Source: Limisphaerales bacterium (GTDB lineage: Bacteria; Verrucomicrobiota; Verrucomicrobiia; Limisphaerales; JAJOIW01). Taken from it: 64,000 bases of DNA. Position numbers and translations under genes: made by a program. Where the stretch lies: contig CBFHOE010000009.1 of assembly GCA_965657355.1 (NCBI GenBank), positions 32,001 to 96,000 on the forward strand. The letters run 5' to 3'. Shown here one piece after another: positions 1-10,090 of this stretch (positions within the stretch are counted from its first letter, which is position 1; the number at the start of each line of letters is the position of its first letter). The notes under the pieces were generated by a model. The model was not told where the DNA came from. It worked only from the letters and a program-made list of their open reading frames with translations, and did no database searches.

Positions 1-1287
1 TCTGTCTGTCTTTAATAGAGGGTCGCGTAATAAAGGAACAAGGGAATGACCATCCAAAACTGGAGGTCTTGGTAGATCGCATAATTCTACCAGTGTTGGA
101 TACAAATCAATAAGGCTAACAGGTTCAATGCACACACTCCCACCAATCGCAAAATCAGTTTCCAATTTTTTGGGAGGCACAATGATCAGCGGGACACGCG
201 TCGACCGTTCCCATGGCGTCCACTTACCCCAATGCATCTTCTCTCCTAAATGCCAGCCATGGTCAGACCATAGAACAATCCATGTATTTGACGACGCTGA
301 TGATTTATCCAAAACATCCATCAAACGGCCAATTTCATTGTCGATATATGTAATGCATGCCAAATATGATTCCACAGCTCTTCGCCATTGACCATTTTTA
401 ACAACCGTGTAGTGAAGGCCTGCAGTATCGGCTTCTACTGCCCAGCGTTTACCTATCTTGGTAAGATCTTGAATATCATCTTTGAGCACTTTTGGTAATT
501 GACCAGGGTCTTCTTCAAAACGAGCAAAAAAACGCTTAGGGGCATAAAGAGGAATGTGAGGTCTGTAATATCCAATACCTAGAAATGTGGGGCTTTCAAA
601 GCCTTCAAGAATTTTATTTAGTGCCCAATCAGTTATTCGGGTATCACCAAAATCAGCATCAGGAACGTCAAAGGGGCCCCAGTCAAAAGACTCGCCGTCA
701 GTGGTATGAGGTCTGCGATCAGAGGGCATACGATTCAAGGGCAAAACAACACTGTTTCCCTGAAGATCTTTGGTGATATGCCTAGGGTCGGTAGTTCCTT
801 TAGATGGCAGTTCGTCGAGTGAATATTTTACAGCCCCCTGAGGCAATGGACTCCAGCGTTGAGCAGTATTGAAACTTTCATCATAACGTGTTGCCTTATC
901 ACCAGAAAGCTTGCCAGTGCCCATTGTTTTAAATCCTGCCTTGGAAAATGCGCGGACTAGTCCCATCGCATTCGGATTAAGGCTTCCAAATTTGGGATAC
1001 AGATTCGACCAAACGCCAGTTCTTTGCGGCATCAAACCACTAAAAACTGTAGATCTCGAAGGGTTGCAGGCAGGCGAGGCACAATGAGCATTCGCAAATA
1101 AAATCCCCCTGGAAGCCAGACGATCCATGTTTGGCGTCAATGCCTGAGGATGCCCATCCAGACAGCCTATCCAATCATTGAGGTCGTCAACAGAAACGAA
1201 AAGCACATGAGGCTTACCCTCGGTACTCAAGGCCGATAATGCGCTCATGAAAGCGAAGAGAATTGGTAAAAACATTTGCATTATCAT
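1..1287 (-). CDS. Sulfatase, iduronate/choline-sulfatase-like (S1_7-type); 3'-partial, runs off the left edge
   Basis: Not in ORF track (no stop in window). Manual translation from ATG 1287: MIMQMFLPILFAF (signal peptide), KPHVLFVSVDDLNDWIGCLDG, TPNMDRLA, CASPACNPSRSTVFSG (CxPxR), IVLWSDHGWHLGEKMHWGKWTPWERSTRVPLII. Confidence 0.93.
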   Translation of the reverse strand, partial: MIMQMFLPILFAFMSALSALSTEGKPHVLFVSVDDLNDWIGCLDGHPQALTPNMDRLASRGILFANAHCASPACNPSRSTVFSGLMPQRTGVWSNLYPKFGSLNPNAMGLVRAFSKAGFKTMGTGKLSGDKATRYDESFNTAQRWSPLPQGAVKYSLDELPSKGTTDPRHITKDLQGNSVVLPLNRMPSDRRPHTTDGESFDWGPFDVPDADFGDTRITDWALNKILEGFESPTFLGIGYYRPHIPLYAPKRFFARFEEDPGQLPKVLKDDIQDLTKIGKRWAVEADTAGLHYTVVKNGQWRRAVESYLACITYIDNEIGRLMDVLDKSSASSNTWIVLWSDHGWHLGEKMHWGKWTPWERSTRVPLIIVPPKKLETDFAIGGSVCIEPVSLIDLYPTLVELCDLPRPPVLDGHSLVPLLRDPLLKTDR

Positions 1288-1689
1288 AATTTGATTCACA
1301 GTGAGTTCATTTTTTTCGCTTTAGTTCAAATGGTTTTCTTAATTTCTAACAAAAACATACTTATCCACCAAGGTCTTCATTTGCTCATGTCAAAATGGCC
1401 AACCCAACCGTAATGAAATTTCAGAGCATCTTATTTTATAGTGATCACATCGTTTATAATTCAGGCTTAGAGCTCCTCTAAAATGAAACTGGATTACCAC
1501 CGACTCAATATGGCGAACGGCATCTTAAAAATGCATGTTCGGTTTACTTGAAATACAGTCAGGTTTAAAGATAACTGAATTGATCTTATCAAGTTCCATT
1601 AAGTAGGTTCACTTTTTTACGGAAGCAAAAGATGAATCGAGTGCCGTATTAGCTCTAAAAACGTATAAGCAAAATCGTCTAAGCTTGGT

Positions 1690-2598
1690 TTAGAAATTCT
1701 TGATATAGTTTTGAATAATATCCATGGCACTGAGGCCTTTGAGCCATTTCTCTGGCAAGCTCGAAGCATGGGAACGCGCGCCATGAACCATACCTAATAT
1801 CATGCCTCGGGCAGCAGAATCTCCTCCAACTCTATTATTAGCGATTAATGCGCCTGCTGCATCTTCTGGATATTTGATAAGCAGGTAGCATGTCAAAGGA
1901 AACGCTTGTGAAATATCACATCCAAGGCCATGAGCTTCAGCAACACGAAAATCATTATCAAATGAATTGCTGGATCCGACAGCCGCATCATACCATTTTT
2001 TAGGAATGGATTGCCAATGAGTCATACTTGCAGTTGATTTTAGTGCATCGCTTATATGCTGCCCATCTTTCACCAAAAGAACGACTCTGGCAAAGAACTC
2101 AGCGGCCTCAACAACTGAGGGGTCACCGTGAGTAAAAGCAGTTTGACGACGGACGGCTTCGAATAAATCATCATCACCCCTCCAAGGAAGGAGGAAAAAT
2201 GGGGCAATGCGCGCCGCCCCGGCAATGTCATGAGAAAGAGACGACGAAGCTAAAACTGAAGAACCTGAGGAAAGGTTCTCCAAGGTCTCCCTGGTAGCAC
2301 CATCTCTGTAACTAACAGTTTTAGTATCTTTCCAAAAAGCAAGCCATTCCTTGGCGAAGTCTTGAAGATCAAAACACTTTTTGTCCGATAATGACTTCAG
2401 CAAAACAAGGACTTGGTCACCGTAATGAGTGAAGTCGCCTGCTTTTTTTCCTGAGTGATACTTACTGATTGGATTTGAGTAATTTTCAGTCCCATGAATA
2501 TGTTCGGCAATTTCTGATTGGCTATATACCCAATGAGTGCCCAGCGAAAGTGCGTCGCCGATTAATGAGGTTATTAAAATAGATTCATTGACCTTCAT
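1690..2598 (-). CDS. ADP-ribosylglycohydrolase (ARH/DraG superfamily) protein
   Basis: SLIGDALSLGTHWVY, GDFTHYGDQ, QTAFTHGDP, NNRVGGDSAARGMILGMVHGA, LPEKWL. Start placed at ATG 2598 (2613 possible); the track's upstream extension to 2868 looks non-coding. Confidence 0.85.
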   Translation of the reverse strand: MKVNESILITSLIGDALSLGTHWVYSQSEIAEHIHGTENYSNPISKYHSGKKAGDFTHYGDQVLVLLKSLSDKKCFDLQDFAKEWLAFWKDTKTVSYRDGATRETLENLSSGSSVLASSSLSHDIAGAARIAPFFLLPWRGDDDLFEAVRRQTAFTHGDPSVVEAAEFFARVVLLVKDGQHISDALKSTASMTHWQSIPKKWYDAAVGSSNSFDNDFRVAEAHGLGCDISQAFPLTCYLLIKYPEDAAGALIANNRVGGDSAARGMILGMVHGARSHASSLPEKWLKGLSAMDIIQNYIKNF

Positions 2599-3151
2599 AA
2601 ATTTTCGTACCATTGGATCTTGGCATTCACAAATCGGCAAGATAATTCCCCAAATTAAGCGAGTAATATTCAAAACTTTAACAGGGTATTGAATCCCTGA
2701 AACCGATATCAAAGAGTTAAAAAAGAAGAATGGAGCGGCATTAAATAATTTTTGGGATAACCGAAGGATGCTATCCCGGCTTAAATTGTAATTAATGAAA
2801 TACCTTTCTGAGTTTCCCAGAATAATACAATGTCCATTCCAGCCAAAAAGATCCTCAATCAGAGTCAAAGTTATCCTATACCTTTCAAAGCCTCATGCTG
2901 TGGGAAAAAAATTAATTACCTTTTGAAACCTATCTCAGTATCTTAAAATTTTCTCGCATAATCTTTTTCGCTGGCGTTCCAGTCAAAGTTTTGAGCTGCT
3001 GAATTTGACAATTTAATAGCGACGCAAAGAAGGGTTATTTCCTGTTGAAATTTCGAATAATTGTATGTGCCTAAGTGATAGTTAAGCCATGTAAGAGTGG
3101 GCGGGATGAAAATAAGATAAAAACAAAAACAAGCCATTTGTGATTTAAAAA

Positions 3152-3676
3152 CTAGTCCTCTAAGGGACAATCCACACAATACTTGCGTCTACCACAAGGC
3201 TGACAGTGATCGCCAATCCAGACTCGATCAAATTGGTTCATAATTCCTTGGACCATATCCGGATCTTCGGTGAGTATGCCAGATTCAAAATTTCTTCTGC
3301 GCTCACTTTTAGCACCGAGGCCTGCACCTGTCAGGTTAGCGCTTCCAGTGTATGCCTTTTTTCCATCGACTATAACACACTTGAAATGGACCCTGGGGCA
3401 AAGCATGCGTTCTAATTTTTCTATTAGATTCGGATATCTATCGAAATCATTTCTAAAATTGGGCCCGGGTTCTTTAGCATGCAATAAGCGCACAGAAACG
3501 CCCAAATCAATGAGATCGGAGATGATTTCCAAAAAAGGAACAAACCTCTTTCCCTTTTTGACATGCATATCCTTGATATCAGCTGTAGCAATCCAAAGCA
3601 AATTACTGGCTTCGACAACCATTTGCTGCACGACTTGTTCGTAGATTGCTTTATCGGTTATGAATTCAGTCTTCAA
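3152..3676 (-). CDS. Single-HKD phospholipase D/Nuc-family protein with C-terminal Cys cluster
   Basis: HFKCVIVDGKKAYTGSAN matches HxK(x4)D(x6)GSxN, then RRNFESGI; C-terminal CQPCGRRKYCVDC; TTG start. Confidence 0.85.
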   Translation of the reverse strand: MKTEFITDKAIYEQVVQQMVVEASNLLWIATADIKDMHVKKGKRFVPFLEIISDLIDLGVSVRLLHAKEPGPNFRNDFDRYPNLIEKLERMLCPRVHFKCVIVDGKKAYTGSANLTGAGLGAKSERRRNFESGILTEDPDMVQGIMNQFDRVWIGDHCQPCGRRKYCVDCPLED

Positions 3677-3771
3677 ATGACAACGTGGACAAGCATTATT
3701 AAAGATTATGCCCCAAAATAGCTAACATATTCTAATGGTGGCGTCTTTGATTTGTGGGGCCCTTATTAGAT

Positions 3772-4818
3772 CTATGGAGATCCTGAATCCCAGCCAGTTG
3801 GCTTGACTTCAAATGAGACTAAAACAGCAGCGTGATCAGAGGGAAACTCAGGGAAATTTCGATTGTGGTGATTCCTGAAGTTTTTTATCACAGATGCCTT
3901 TTGGGGCAGAAGATTTCCCTTGGCATAAATAAAGTCAATTCGAGCATATGGGTTTCTATACTCAGGGCTTGGGTTTTTTTCTCCATTTAATGCTACGAAA
4001 CCTTTGCCTGATTCATAGATAAAATCTTCACCCACTGTCGTCCAGGTATGTCCTAGTGTTTTTTTAGTGATCTTCGGATGAACCTTGCGGAAAGCATCTA
4101 CGAACCCTTTTTGAATCATTATATCATGCGTTGGTGTCGCTTCCAAAATGCGACCGTAATTCAAAGATTCAGCTGAATCGCTATAGTCGAGGCGGCTGAC
4201 ACAATTAAAATCTCCAGCTACAATAATTGGAGTAGTTTCGAATCTTTCCATATCAGCTTTAACTTCTTGGTGATTCAAAAATTTGTGTATCATTTGAGAC
4301 CTTACATTGTCCCCTGAAACGAAATCTTCGTCGGAAAGCTCTTTATTTTTGATCTCGACAATGTGACGTCCACCGCTCGTCAGCCAAATACAATAAATTC
4401 TGATTTTCGTAGTCTGCGACAGATTGGCGGTAGCCCCAATAAATGAAAATGAAGACAACCCTTGTGGAGTGCCAACGTGGGTCAATTTATAACGGCTGAA
4501 GATGCTTAAATTTGCCCCTCCCCCTGGCGTATAATAGTAAAAACCAAGATCATCAGCGATATCTTGAGCCGAGCCATAGGTTTCTATCATCGCAATGATA
4601 TCTGCTTTACTGGTTTGCAAGATCTCGATCATTCGCTGCCGCGCCGTTAAACCATCAATGGTATATCTGGGATCCTGATTTAATTTCCCCCAAATGTTCC
4701 AGGTCATAACTGAAAGGTTTCGTGGCTTAGGCTCACCAGAAGCTGACGAAAACCCACACCATATAACTAAAAACAGATAGATAAATCGCCCCACCTCAGT
4801 GAAATTTAATTTCTTCAT
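3772..4818 (-). CDS. Exported endonuclease/exonuclease/phosphatase (EEP) family protein
   Basis: Signal peptide; VMTWNIW, ADIIAMIET, IIVAGDFN, RIDFIY, PSDHAAV motifs. Confidence 0.88.
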   Translation of the reverse strand: MKKLNFTEVGRFIYLFLVIWCGFSSASGEPKPRNLSVMTWNIWGKLNQDPRYTIDGLTARQRMIEILQTSKADIIAMIETYGSAQDIADDLGFYYYTPGGGANLSIFSRYKLTHVGTPQGLSSFSFIGATANLSQTTKIRIYCIWLTSGGRHIVEIKNKELSDEDFVSGDNVRSQMIHKFLNHQEVKADMERFETTPIIVAGDFNCVSRLDYSDSAESLNYGRILEATPTHDIMIQKGFVDAFRKVHPKITKKTLGHTWTTVGEDFIYESGKGFVALNGEKNPSPEYRNPYARIDFIYAKGNLLPQKASVIKNFRNHHNRNFPEFPSDHAAVLVSFEVKPTGWDSGSP

Positions 4819-5168
4819 AATTGAATCATCCCCATGAATAAACTACCCGCATTCTTGTTTGCCTACAAAATGAGCGAAGTTGATGGCATCAGACGGTTTC
4901 GAAGTTTTAAGCAAACTATAAGAATTTGCAACGATCGACACTTTAGCACACCCATCCCCACCCAGTCTCTAGATGCAAAAATCCCACCATTTTTCTCCCA
5001 CTTTCTCAAAAGGTATGGCAATTATTGGAGTGGCGGGCTTCGAATTTTCTAAATCTAAGAGATTCACAACTATGACTTGATCAAAGTCGGTTGGATCCAC
5101 TAATTTCTAAACTTTAGTAATTTAGAAAATCCAAAATACAGCTCAGGTGAAAAGTTCCGGTAAAATAT

Positions 5169-8100
5169 ATGAGTAAAGAAATTAAAAAGCTTCTGGTTGC
5201 CAATCGCAGTGAAATCGCCATCCGTGTTTTCAGAAGTGCTCACGAACTTGGCATACGCACTGTTGCTCTTTACACTCACGAAGACAGATACGCGCTCCAT
5301 AGATTTAAGGCAGACGAAGCTTACCTTATTGGAAAACCGGGTGAGCCAATAAAAAGTTACCTTAACATCGATAACATCATTGAAATTTGCAAAAAGCACA
5401 ACATCGATGCAATCCACCCAGGATACGGATTTCTCTCAGAAAAGCCCGAATTTGCGAGGGCCTGCGAAGCCAATGGCATTATTTTTGTCGGCCCATCAAT
5501 ACACGCCCTTGAATCTCTGGGAGATAAGACGGCAGCCCGTAAAATCGCCGAAAAGGCAAAAGCACCAATTCTTGGTGGCAGCAAGGATGCCATCACTGAT
5601 GCGCAAGCGGGTTTTGAAACAGCCAAAAATCTCGGGTTTCCTATTATGCTCAAAGCAGCTCATGGGGGCGGCGGACGTGGTATGCGGGTCGTAAAAGAAG
5701 AAAAAGAATTTATCAAATCATACGAGCAAGCACGTAGCGAATCTCTTTCAGCTTTTGGAAGCCCAGACATTTTTGTGGAAAAGTTCATCGGGCGAGCACG
5801 GCATATCGAAGTTCAACTACTGGGTGATCAGCACGGTAATTTAGTTCATCTCTTCGAACGTGATTGTTCGGTGCAGCGACGACATCAAAAGGTGGTGGAA
5901 ATAGCCCCAGCTCCCAACCTTCCTCCAGATGTCCGGAAAAACCTCTGTGAAGCGGCAGTAAAAATTGGATCACAAGTCGGATACTCCAATGCTGGCACTG
6001 TCGAATTCTTATTGGATGCTGATACCAATAAATTTTATTTTATTGAAGTAAACCCTCGTATTCAAGTTGAGCACACCGTCACAGAAGAAGTCACAGGTTT
6101 TGACCTGATCAAATCGCAAATCCTCATCGCCATGGGTAAGAGTTTGGATGACCCTCAGATTGGGATTGAAAAACAAAAAGACATCGCGACACATGGTTTC
6201 GCTATTCAGTGCCGCATCACCACTGAAGACCCGACTCAAGGCTTTACCCCAGATTATGGAAGAATGACCCACTATCGATCTGCCTCAGGCTTGGGAATCC
6301 GCCTTGATGCCGGGTCAGCATTTTCTGGTGCTGTTGTCACTCCTTACTATGATTCCATGCTAGTAAAAGTCACAGCACGTGCTCGCAGATTTACGGATTC
6401 CATTGGAAGAATGGAGCGCGCTCTCAGCGAATTTCGTATTCGTGGAGTAAAGACAAACATTCCATTTTTAAAGAATCTTTTAAGCTACGAGATTTTTAAG
6501 AACGGACAATGTACGACACGTTTTATCGATCAAACACCCGATTTGTTCGTTTTGCCAAGCCGAAGAGACCGCGCAACTAAACTCCTCAAATACTTAGGAG
6601 ACGTTCTGGTTAATAAAAACGAACTTGTCAAAGATCGGCCTGTAGCTACACGGCGTGAACCCGCTCCACTTCCAGATACTTCACACATCCAAACAGCTCC
6701 TGATGGCTTCAGGCAAAAATTTCTGACTTTGGGTGCAGAGAAATTCTGCCAGTCGCTCCTTGATGAAAAAAATCTTTTGATGACTGACACCACCTTCAGG
6801 GATGCCCATCAATCTTTGTTGGCAACACGCATGAGAACATATGACTTGGAGCGCATCGTAGAGTCATATGCAAAGCTCACGCCGCAGTTTTTCTCATTAG
6901 AAATGTGGGGAGGCGCTACCTTTGATACAAGCATGCGTTTTCTCAAGGAATGTCCTTTTCAAAGGCTCTCAGACATGCGCGCCAAATCACCAAACATTCT
7001 TTTCCAGATGTTACTGCGTGCATCCAATGCTGTCGGATATACAAACTATCCAGACAACATTGTCAAAGAATTCGTCAAGGAATCAAAACAAGCAGGAATG
7101 GATGTTTTTCGAGTTTTTGATGCCTTGAATTGGGTTCCAAACATGAAGGTTGCTATGGAGTCAGTAGTGGAGTCGGGTGGCATTTGTGAAGCCACAATCT
7201 GTTACAGCGGCGACATACTCAACCCTGATCGAAGTAAATATGATTTAGATTACTATCTCAAAATGGCAAAAGAGCTCGAAAAGATGGGGGCTCATATTAT
7301 TGCCATAAAAGATATGGCTGGATTGCTAAAACCAGACGCAGCCACCATTTTAGTTAAAGCCCTGAAAGAAACTATTGGTCTTCCAATCCATCTGCACACT
7401 CACGATACAGCCGGCATTCAAGCTTCTTCGATCATAAATGCCTCAAAGGTTGGAGTCGATATTTCTGACGCAGCCATGGCTCCTCTCTCCGGGGGTACTT
7501 CTCAACCAAACTTGAATACCATCGCTGAATCACTCCGCTTCAGCGACCGGCCCACTGGACTAGATGTCGACGCATTGGACCAAATCGCAGAATACTGGAG
7601 ATGTGCGCGTGAATTCTACGCGCCATTCGAAGCCTCGGTATTACCTGCCTCCGCCGATCTCTATCAACACGAAATGCCCGGCGGTCAATTTACTAACCTC
7701 TACCAACAAGCACGTGCTCTGGGTTTAGCCGATCAATGGGCAACCGTCTGTAAAACTTACGCCCAAGCTAATCAACTCTTCGGAGATATTGTTAAAGTAA
7801 CGCCAACCTCCAAAGCCGTGGGCGATATGGCTTTGTTCATGGTGGCTAATGAGCTGAGTCCGGATGATGTATTGGACACAAGTCGTGAGCTCGCCTTTCC
7901 TGCCTCCGTAATTGATCTTGTGGGTGGAATGATGGGCCAGCCAAAGGGTGGCTTCCCAAACGAAATCACGAATGTTATTTTGCGTGGGGAACAACCCCTT
8001 ACTGAGCGACCAGGTGAATCTCTGCCCCCTGCAGATTTTACTGTGGCTCGAGTCGAAGTAGAAAAAATGCTCAGACGTGAACCCAGTAATGCGGAGGTTG

Positions 8101-8618
8101 TTTCGTATTTACTCTACCCCAAAGTATTCGAAGAATTTGCTAAGCATCAGGTTCAATATGACAAAACAAGTATGTTGCCGACACCGGTCTTTTTCTATGG
8201 TCTGGAATCCGGTGAAGAAATTGCCATAGAAATTGAAACTGGAAAAACGCTTATTGTAAAATTCCTCACCATAAGCGAGCCGCATACTGATGGCACTCGA
8301 ACAGTTTTCTTTGAACTCAATGGACAACCTCGTGAAATTTCAATTCTGGATAAAAGTATTGAAATTGCGGGCTCAAAAAAATTAAAAGCGGATAGCGATA
8401 ACCTAGGCCATGTTGGGTCAAGTATGCCTGGCATGGTTGTTAACGTCGCTGTAAATCCTGGAGATACGGTCAAAAAAGGACAAAAACTTCTCGTCCTCGA
8501 AGCTATGAAGATGGAAACGACGATCTATGCCGAAATCGAAGGGAAAGTTAAACAAGTTATAGTGAGTCCTGGGTTTCAGGTCGAAACAGGCGATTTGCTG
8601 GTAGACATTGAAGTTTGA
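5169..8618 (+). CDS. pyc: Pyruvate carboxylase (single-chain BC-CT-BCCP)
   Basis: KKLLVANRSEIAIR, HPGYGFLSE, GGGGRGMR, RDCSVQRRHQK, TFRDAHQSLLATR, EMWGGATFD, HLHTHDT, HEMPGGQ, biotin motif EAMKM; 1149 aa. Confidence 0.98.
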   Translation: MSKEIKKLLVANRSEIAIRVFRSAHELGIRTVALYTHEDRYALHRFKADEAYLIGKPGEPIKSYLNIDNIIEICKKHNIDAIHPGYGFLSEKPEFARACEANGIIFVGPSIHALESLGDKTAARKIAEKAKAPILGGSKDAITDAQAGFETAKNLGFPIMLKAAHGGGGRGMRVVKEEKEFIKSYEQARSESLSAFGSPDIFVEKFIGRARHIEVQLLGDQHGNLVHLFERDCSVQRRHQKVVEIAPAPNLPPDVRKNLCEAAVKIGSQVGYSNAGTVEFLLDADTNKFYFIEVNPRIQVEHTVTEEVTGFDLIKSQILIAMGKSLDDPQIGIEKQKDIATHGFAIQCRITTEDPTQGFTPDYGRMTHYRSASGLGIRLDAGSAFSGAVVTPYYDSMLVKVTARARRFTDSIGRMERALSEFRIRGVKTNIPFLKNLLSYEIFKNGQCTTRFIDQTPDLFVLPSRRDRATKLLKYLGDVLVNKNELVKDRPVATRREPAPLPDTSHIQTAPDGFRQKFLTLGAEKFCQSLLDEKNLLMTDTTFRDAHQSLLATRMRTYDLERIVESYAKLTPQFFSLEMWGGATFDTSMRFLKECPFQRLSDMRAKSPNILFQMLLRASNAVGYTNYPDNIVKEFVKESKQAGMDVFRVFDALNWVPNMKVAMESVVESGGICEATICYSGDILNPDRSKYDLDYYLKMAKELEKMGAHIIAIKDMAGLLKPDAATILVKALKETIGLPIHLHTHDTAGIQASSIINASKVGVDISDAAMAPLSGGTSQPNLNTIAESLRFSDRPTGLDVDALDQIAEYWRCAREFYAPFEASVLPASADLYQHEMPGGQFTNLYQQARALGLADQWATVCKTYAQANQLFGDIVKVTPTSKAVGDMALFMVANELSPDDVLDTSRELAFPASVIDLVGGMMGQPKGGFPNEITNVILRGEQPLTERPGESLPPADFTVARVEVEKMLRREPSNAEVVSYLLYPKVFEEFAKHQVQYDKTSMLPTPVFFYGLESGEEIAIEIETGKTLIVKFLTISEPHTDGTRTVFFELNGQPREISILDKSIEIAGSKKLKADSDNLGHVGSSMPGMVVNVAVNPGDTVKKGQKLLVLEAMKMETTIYAEIEGKVKQVIVSPGFQVETGDLLVDIEV

Positions 8619-9003
8619 GAAACTCTGGCTCTGACACTCAATATGAGGCTTATCATGCTAAAAGTTAAACAGTGAACAAATCCAACCGGCTGTATGAACT
8701 GGATTACAGCTAAGTCATTTATAAAAATTTCCCCATCCGGCAATGATCGGGTATTGCTGAGCCAAGCGGGCAGATAAAATTTTAAGGATACCTCGGAAAA
8801 CATTCAATTTGTGAAAAGACTTTTCAATCAATCAAATCATCAAGAAAAAGTTTAGACAACCCAGTCAGGCATTAATTAATGCTCGCAAGAATTCTAATGG
8901 CAAAGGACATTAATCCGGATAGCTTTTGATTGTTTTATGATAATAAATGCGCACCACTTATTTATGGACAATCAATTTGGATTTAATCCGTTTTTCAATG
9001 ATT

Positions 9004-9801
9004 CTATTTGGGTTTGGTAGAACCCCTCTGATAGCCATCCCCTAATAATTTTACTAAGGTTGGTTCCACGGCTTGTATCCACGCTTTTGTTCCTGCGGGA
9101 CTGGGATGCAATAAGTCCCACATCAGTTCGGTGTTGATAGTACCGTCCGCCTCAAGGAATATGTGGTTAAGATCAAGCCAAAAAACATGTTGTCCGTCGG
9201 CCAAATTAGCAGTCAATTCACCAGCCCGGTGCGCAGTCTTAATGCATTGAGGAGATGAATTAAATGCAGGAGGGCTCACACCTTTTTGATCGTCTCCACC
9301 TCTTGGAAAAATACGCAAAACTAAGATTTTCGTTGTGGGGTGACGCTGACGAACCAGCTCAACAATAGCTTTCGTGCCCTCGAATACCTGCTCAGCAGTA
9401 TGAACGTGTTTAAATCGGCGGTCATCTGTATTGTTAGTGCCGATCAATAACGTCACAACTTTTGGAGATTTGGTAAATTCAAGCTGTCCATTATGCAGAT
9501 TCCACAGAATATTCTCGGTGCGTTGGCCATCCATTCCAAGGTTAATTGCATTTAGGGGTTTCAAAAACCGGTTCCAGACTTCCTTATTGGGCGAATATTT
9601 TCCATCGAGTTCGCCTATCGAATGGATGATGGAGTCGCCGATTAAAACCAGATCAAAGTTACCCGATTTCACCTGTTTAACTTTTTCCTCGTGACGAGAA
9701 GTGACGGCACGAGTTGGGTAATTTGCATCACCTAACATAGGCTCTGCAGTGACAAAAAAAACCATAGCAAGGTTGATCACAACAAACATACTGTATTTCA
9801 T
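9004..9801 (-). CDS. Exported GDSL/SGNH hydrolase (PAF-acetylhydrolase-like esterase)
   Basis: LIGDSI (block I), NLGMDGQRTENILW, LLIGTNN, DLLHPS (DxxH); start placed at MKYSMF (9801) before a signal peptide. Confidence 0.9.
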   Translation of the reverse strand: MKYSMFVVINLAMVFFVTAEPMLGDANYPTRAVTSRHEEKVKQVKSGNFDLVLIGDSIIHSIGELDGKYSPNKEVWNRFLKPLNAINLGMDGQRTENILWNLHNGQLEFTKSPKVVTLLIGTNNTDDRRFKHVHTAEQVFEGTKAIVELVRQRHPTTKILVLRIFPRGGDDQKGVSPPAFNSSPQCIKTAHRAGELTANLADGQHVFWLDLNHIFLEADGTINTELMWDLLHPSPAGTKAWIQAVEPTLVKLLGDGYQRGSTKPK

Positions 9802-10090
9802 AGTTCTGTGCATAATTATGATTTGGAATAAACATTTTGCGATAGAATATGATATTTCATATTTTCCCGGGGAATTGATAGACATGATGAGCCAAATTAC
9901 ACGATGGGGTCAAACCTTAGTCGTGAAATAAATAATCAAGATATTTTAAAATCAAAAGCAAATAAAAGACGTGAAATTTAAAATCATACTCAGCCCTGTA
10001 ATATTGCGAATTAAAGAATGGAAGATGACTTTGGATCTACATACGATCGGCATCACTCGCACCCATGAGTTATCGGCAAAACTTCATCTA

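Noticed and set aside
245..270. 26-nt exact match with 49858-49883 (CCTAAATGCCAGCCATGGTCAGACCA)
   Set aside because: Encodes the conserved WSDHGWHLG sulfatase motif with few synonymous options; flanks diverge, so not a mobile repeat or CRISPR element
128..776. Plus-strand ORFs 128-391 and 585-776
   Set aside because: Antisense shadows of the minus-strand sulfatase at 1-1287
2599..3179. N-terminal extension of the ARH ORF to 2868 and ORF 2943-3179
   Set aside because: No protein-like motifs; family similarity begins near 2598; probably intergenic
5074..5128. Short inverted repeats upstream of pyc (GACTT/AAGTC; TTTCTAAA/TTTAGAAA)
   Set aside because: Short and AT-rich; expected by chance
5100..8803. 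Many short antisense or alternate-frame ORFs over pyc (and likewise over other long CDSs)
   Set aside because: Typical shadow ORFs of well-supported genes
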